This document shows positions 63,929-64,000 of a stretch of DNA of 64,000 bases, piece after piece (within the stretch, counting starts at the first letter, position 1; every line of letters begins with the position of its first letter). The DNA is from an uncultured Gammaproteobacteria bacterium. GTDB taxonomy: Bacteria; Pseudomonadota; Gammaproteobacteria; Eutrophobiales; Eutrophobiaceae. The notes under the pieces are model-generated. The model was given only the letters and a program-made list of their open reading frames with translations. It searched no databases and was not told the DNA's origin. The position numbers and the translations under genes are program-made. Location of the stretch: assembly GCA_943788005.1 (NCBI GenBank), contig CALSOP010000002.1:338573-402572 (forward strand), in the 5' to 3' direction.

Positions 63929-64000
63929 TGTCTATCCCCTTTAGAGTCTATGTTTAAATTAAACTGTTTCATCTTAATTAACGTAGCCAGATAAACTATC

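Overview
Chromosomal window (roughly 40% GC by eye) from a gammaproteobacterium. 1-7.9 kb holds the tRNA-Tyr/Gly/Thr-tuf-tRNA-Trp-secE-nusG-rplKAJL-rpoB cluster; rpoB runs off the left edge and tuf carries many indels, probably a consensus artefact. 8-26 kb is the conserved tsaC-topA-smg-dprA-LysM // def-fmt-rsmB-DUF4390-ntrY/ntrX-like-trkAH block, followed by pyrD and trmL. 26-32 kb is an accessory island between trmL and gpsA. It carries an ECF sigma/putative anti-sigma pair ahead of a broken MSHA-like pilus operon, in which an IS3-family element with no target duplication joins a truncated mshQ-like gene to a truncated mshD-like gene. 32-53 kb is housekeeping (gpsA, secB, gpmI, envC, ctpA, ubiEJB, hslVU, xerC, dapF, mscS, nagZ, ABC permeases). 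It contains a 216-bp MITE that supplies the envC stop codon, plus a degenerate relic of the same element. 54-62 kb is a c-di-GMP signalling cluster with two bacteriohemerythrin-fused enzymes, a perfect FNR/Anr box and a very basic Lys/Ala-rich protein. 62-64 kb is a second ECF sigma operon (DUF3619/DUF3106 type), apparently with a CTG start. No CRISPR array, prophage or defence system was seen. All family assignments come from recognised motifs, not database searches.
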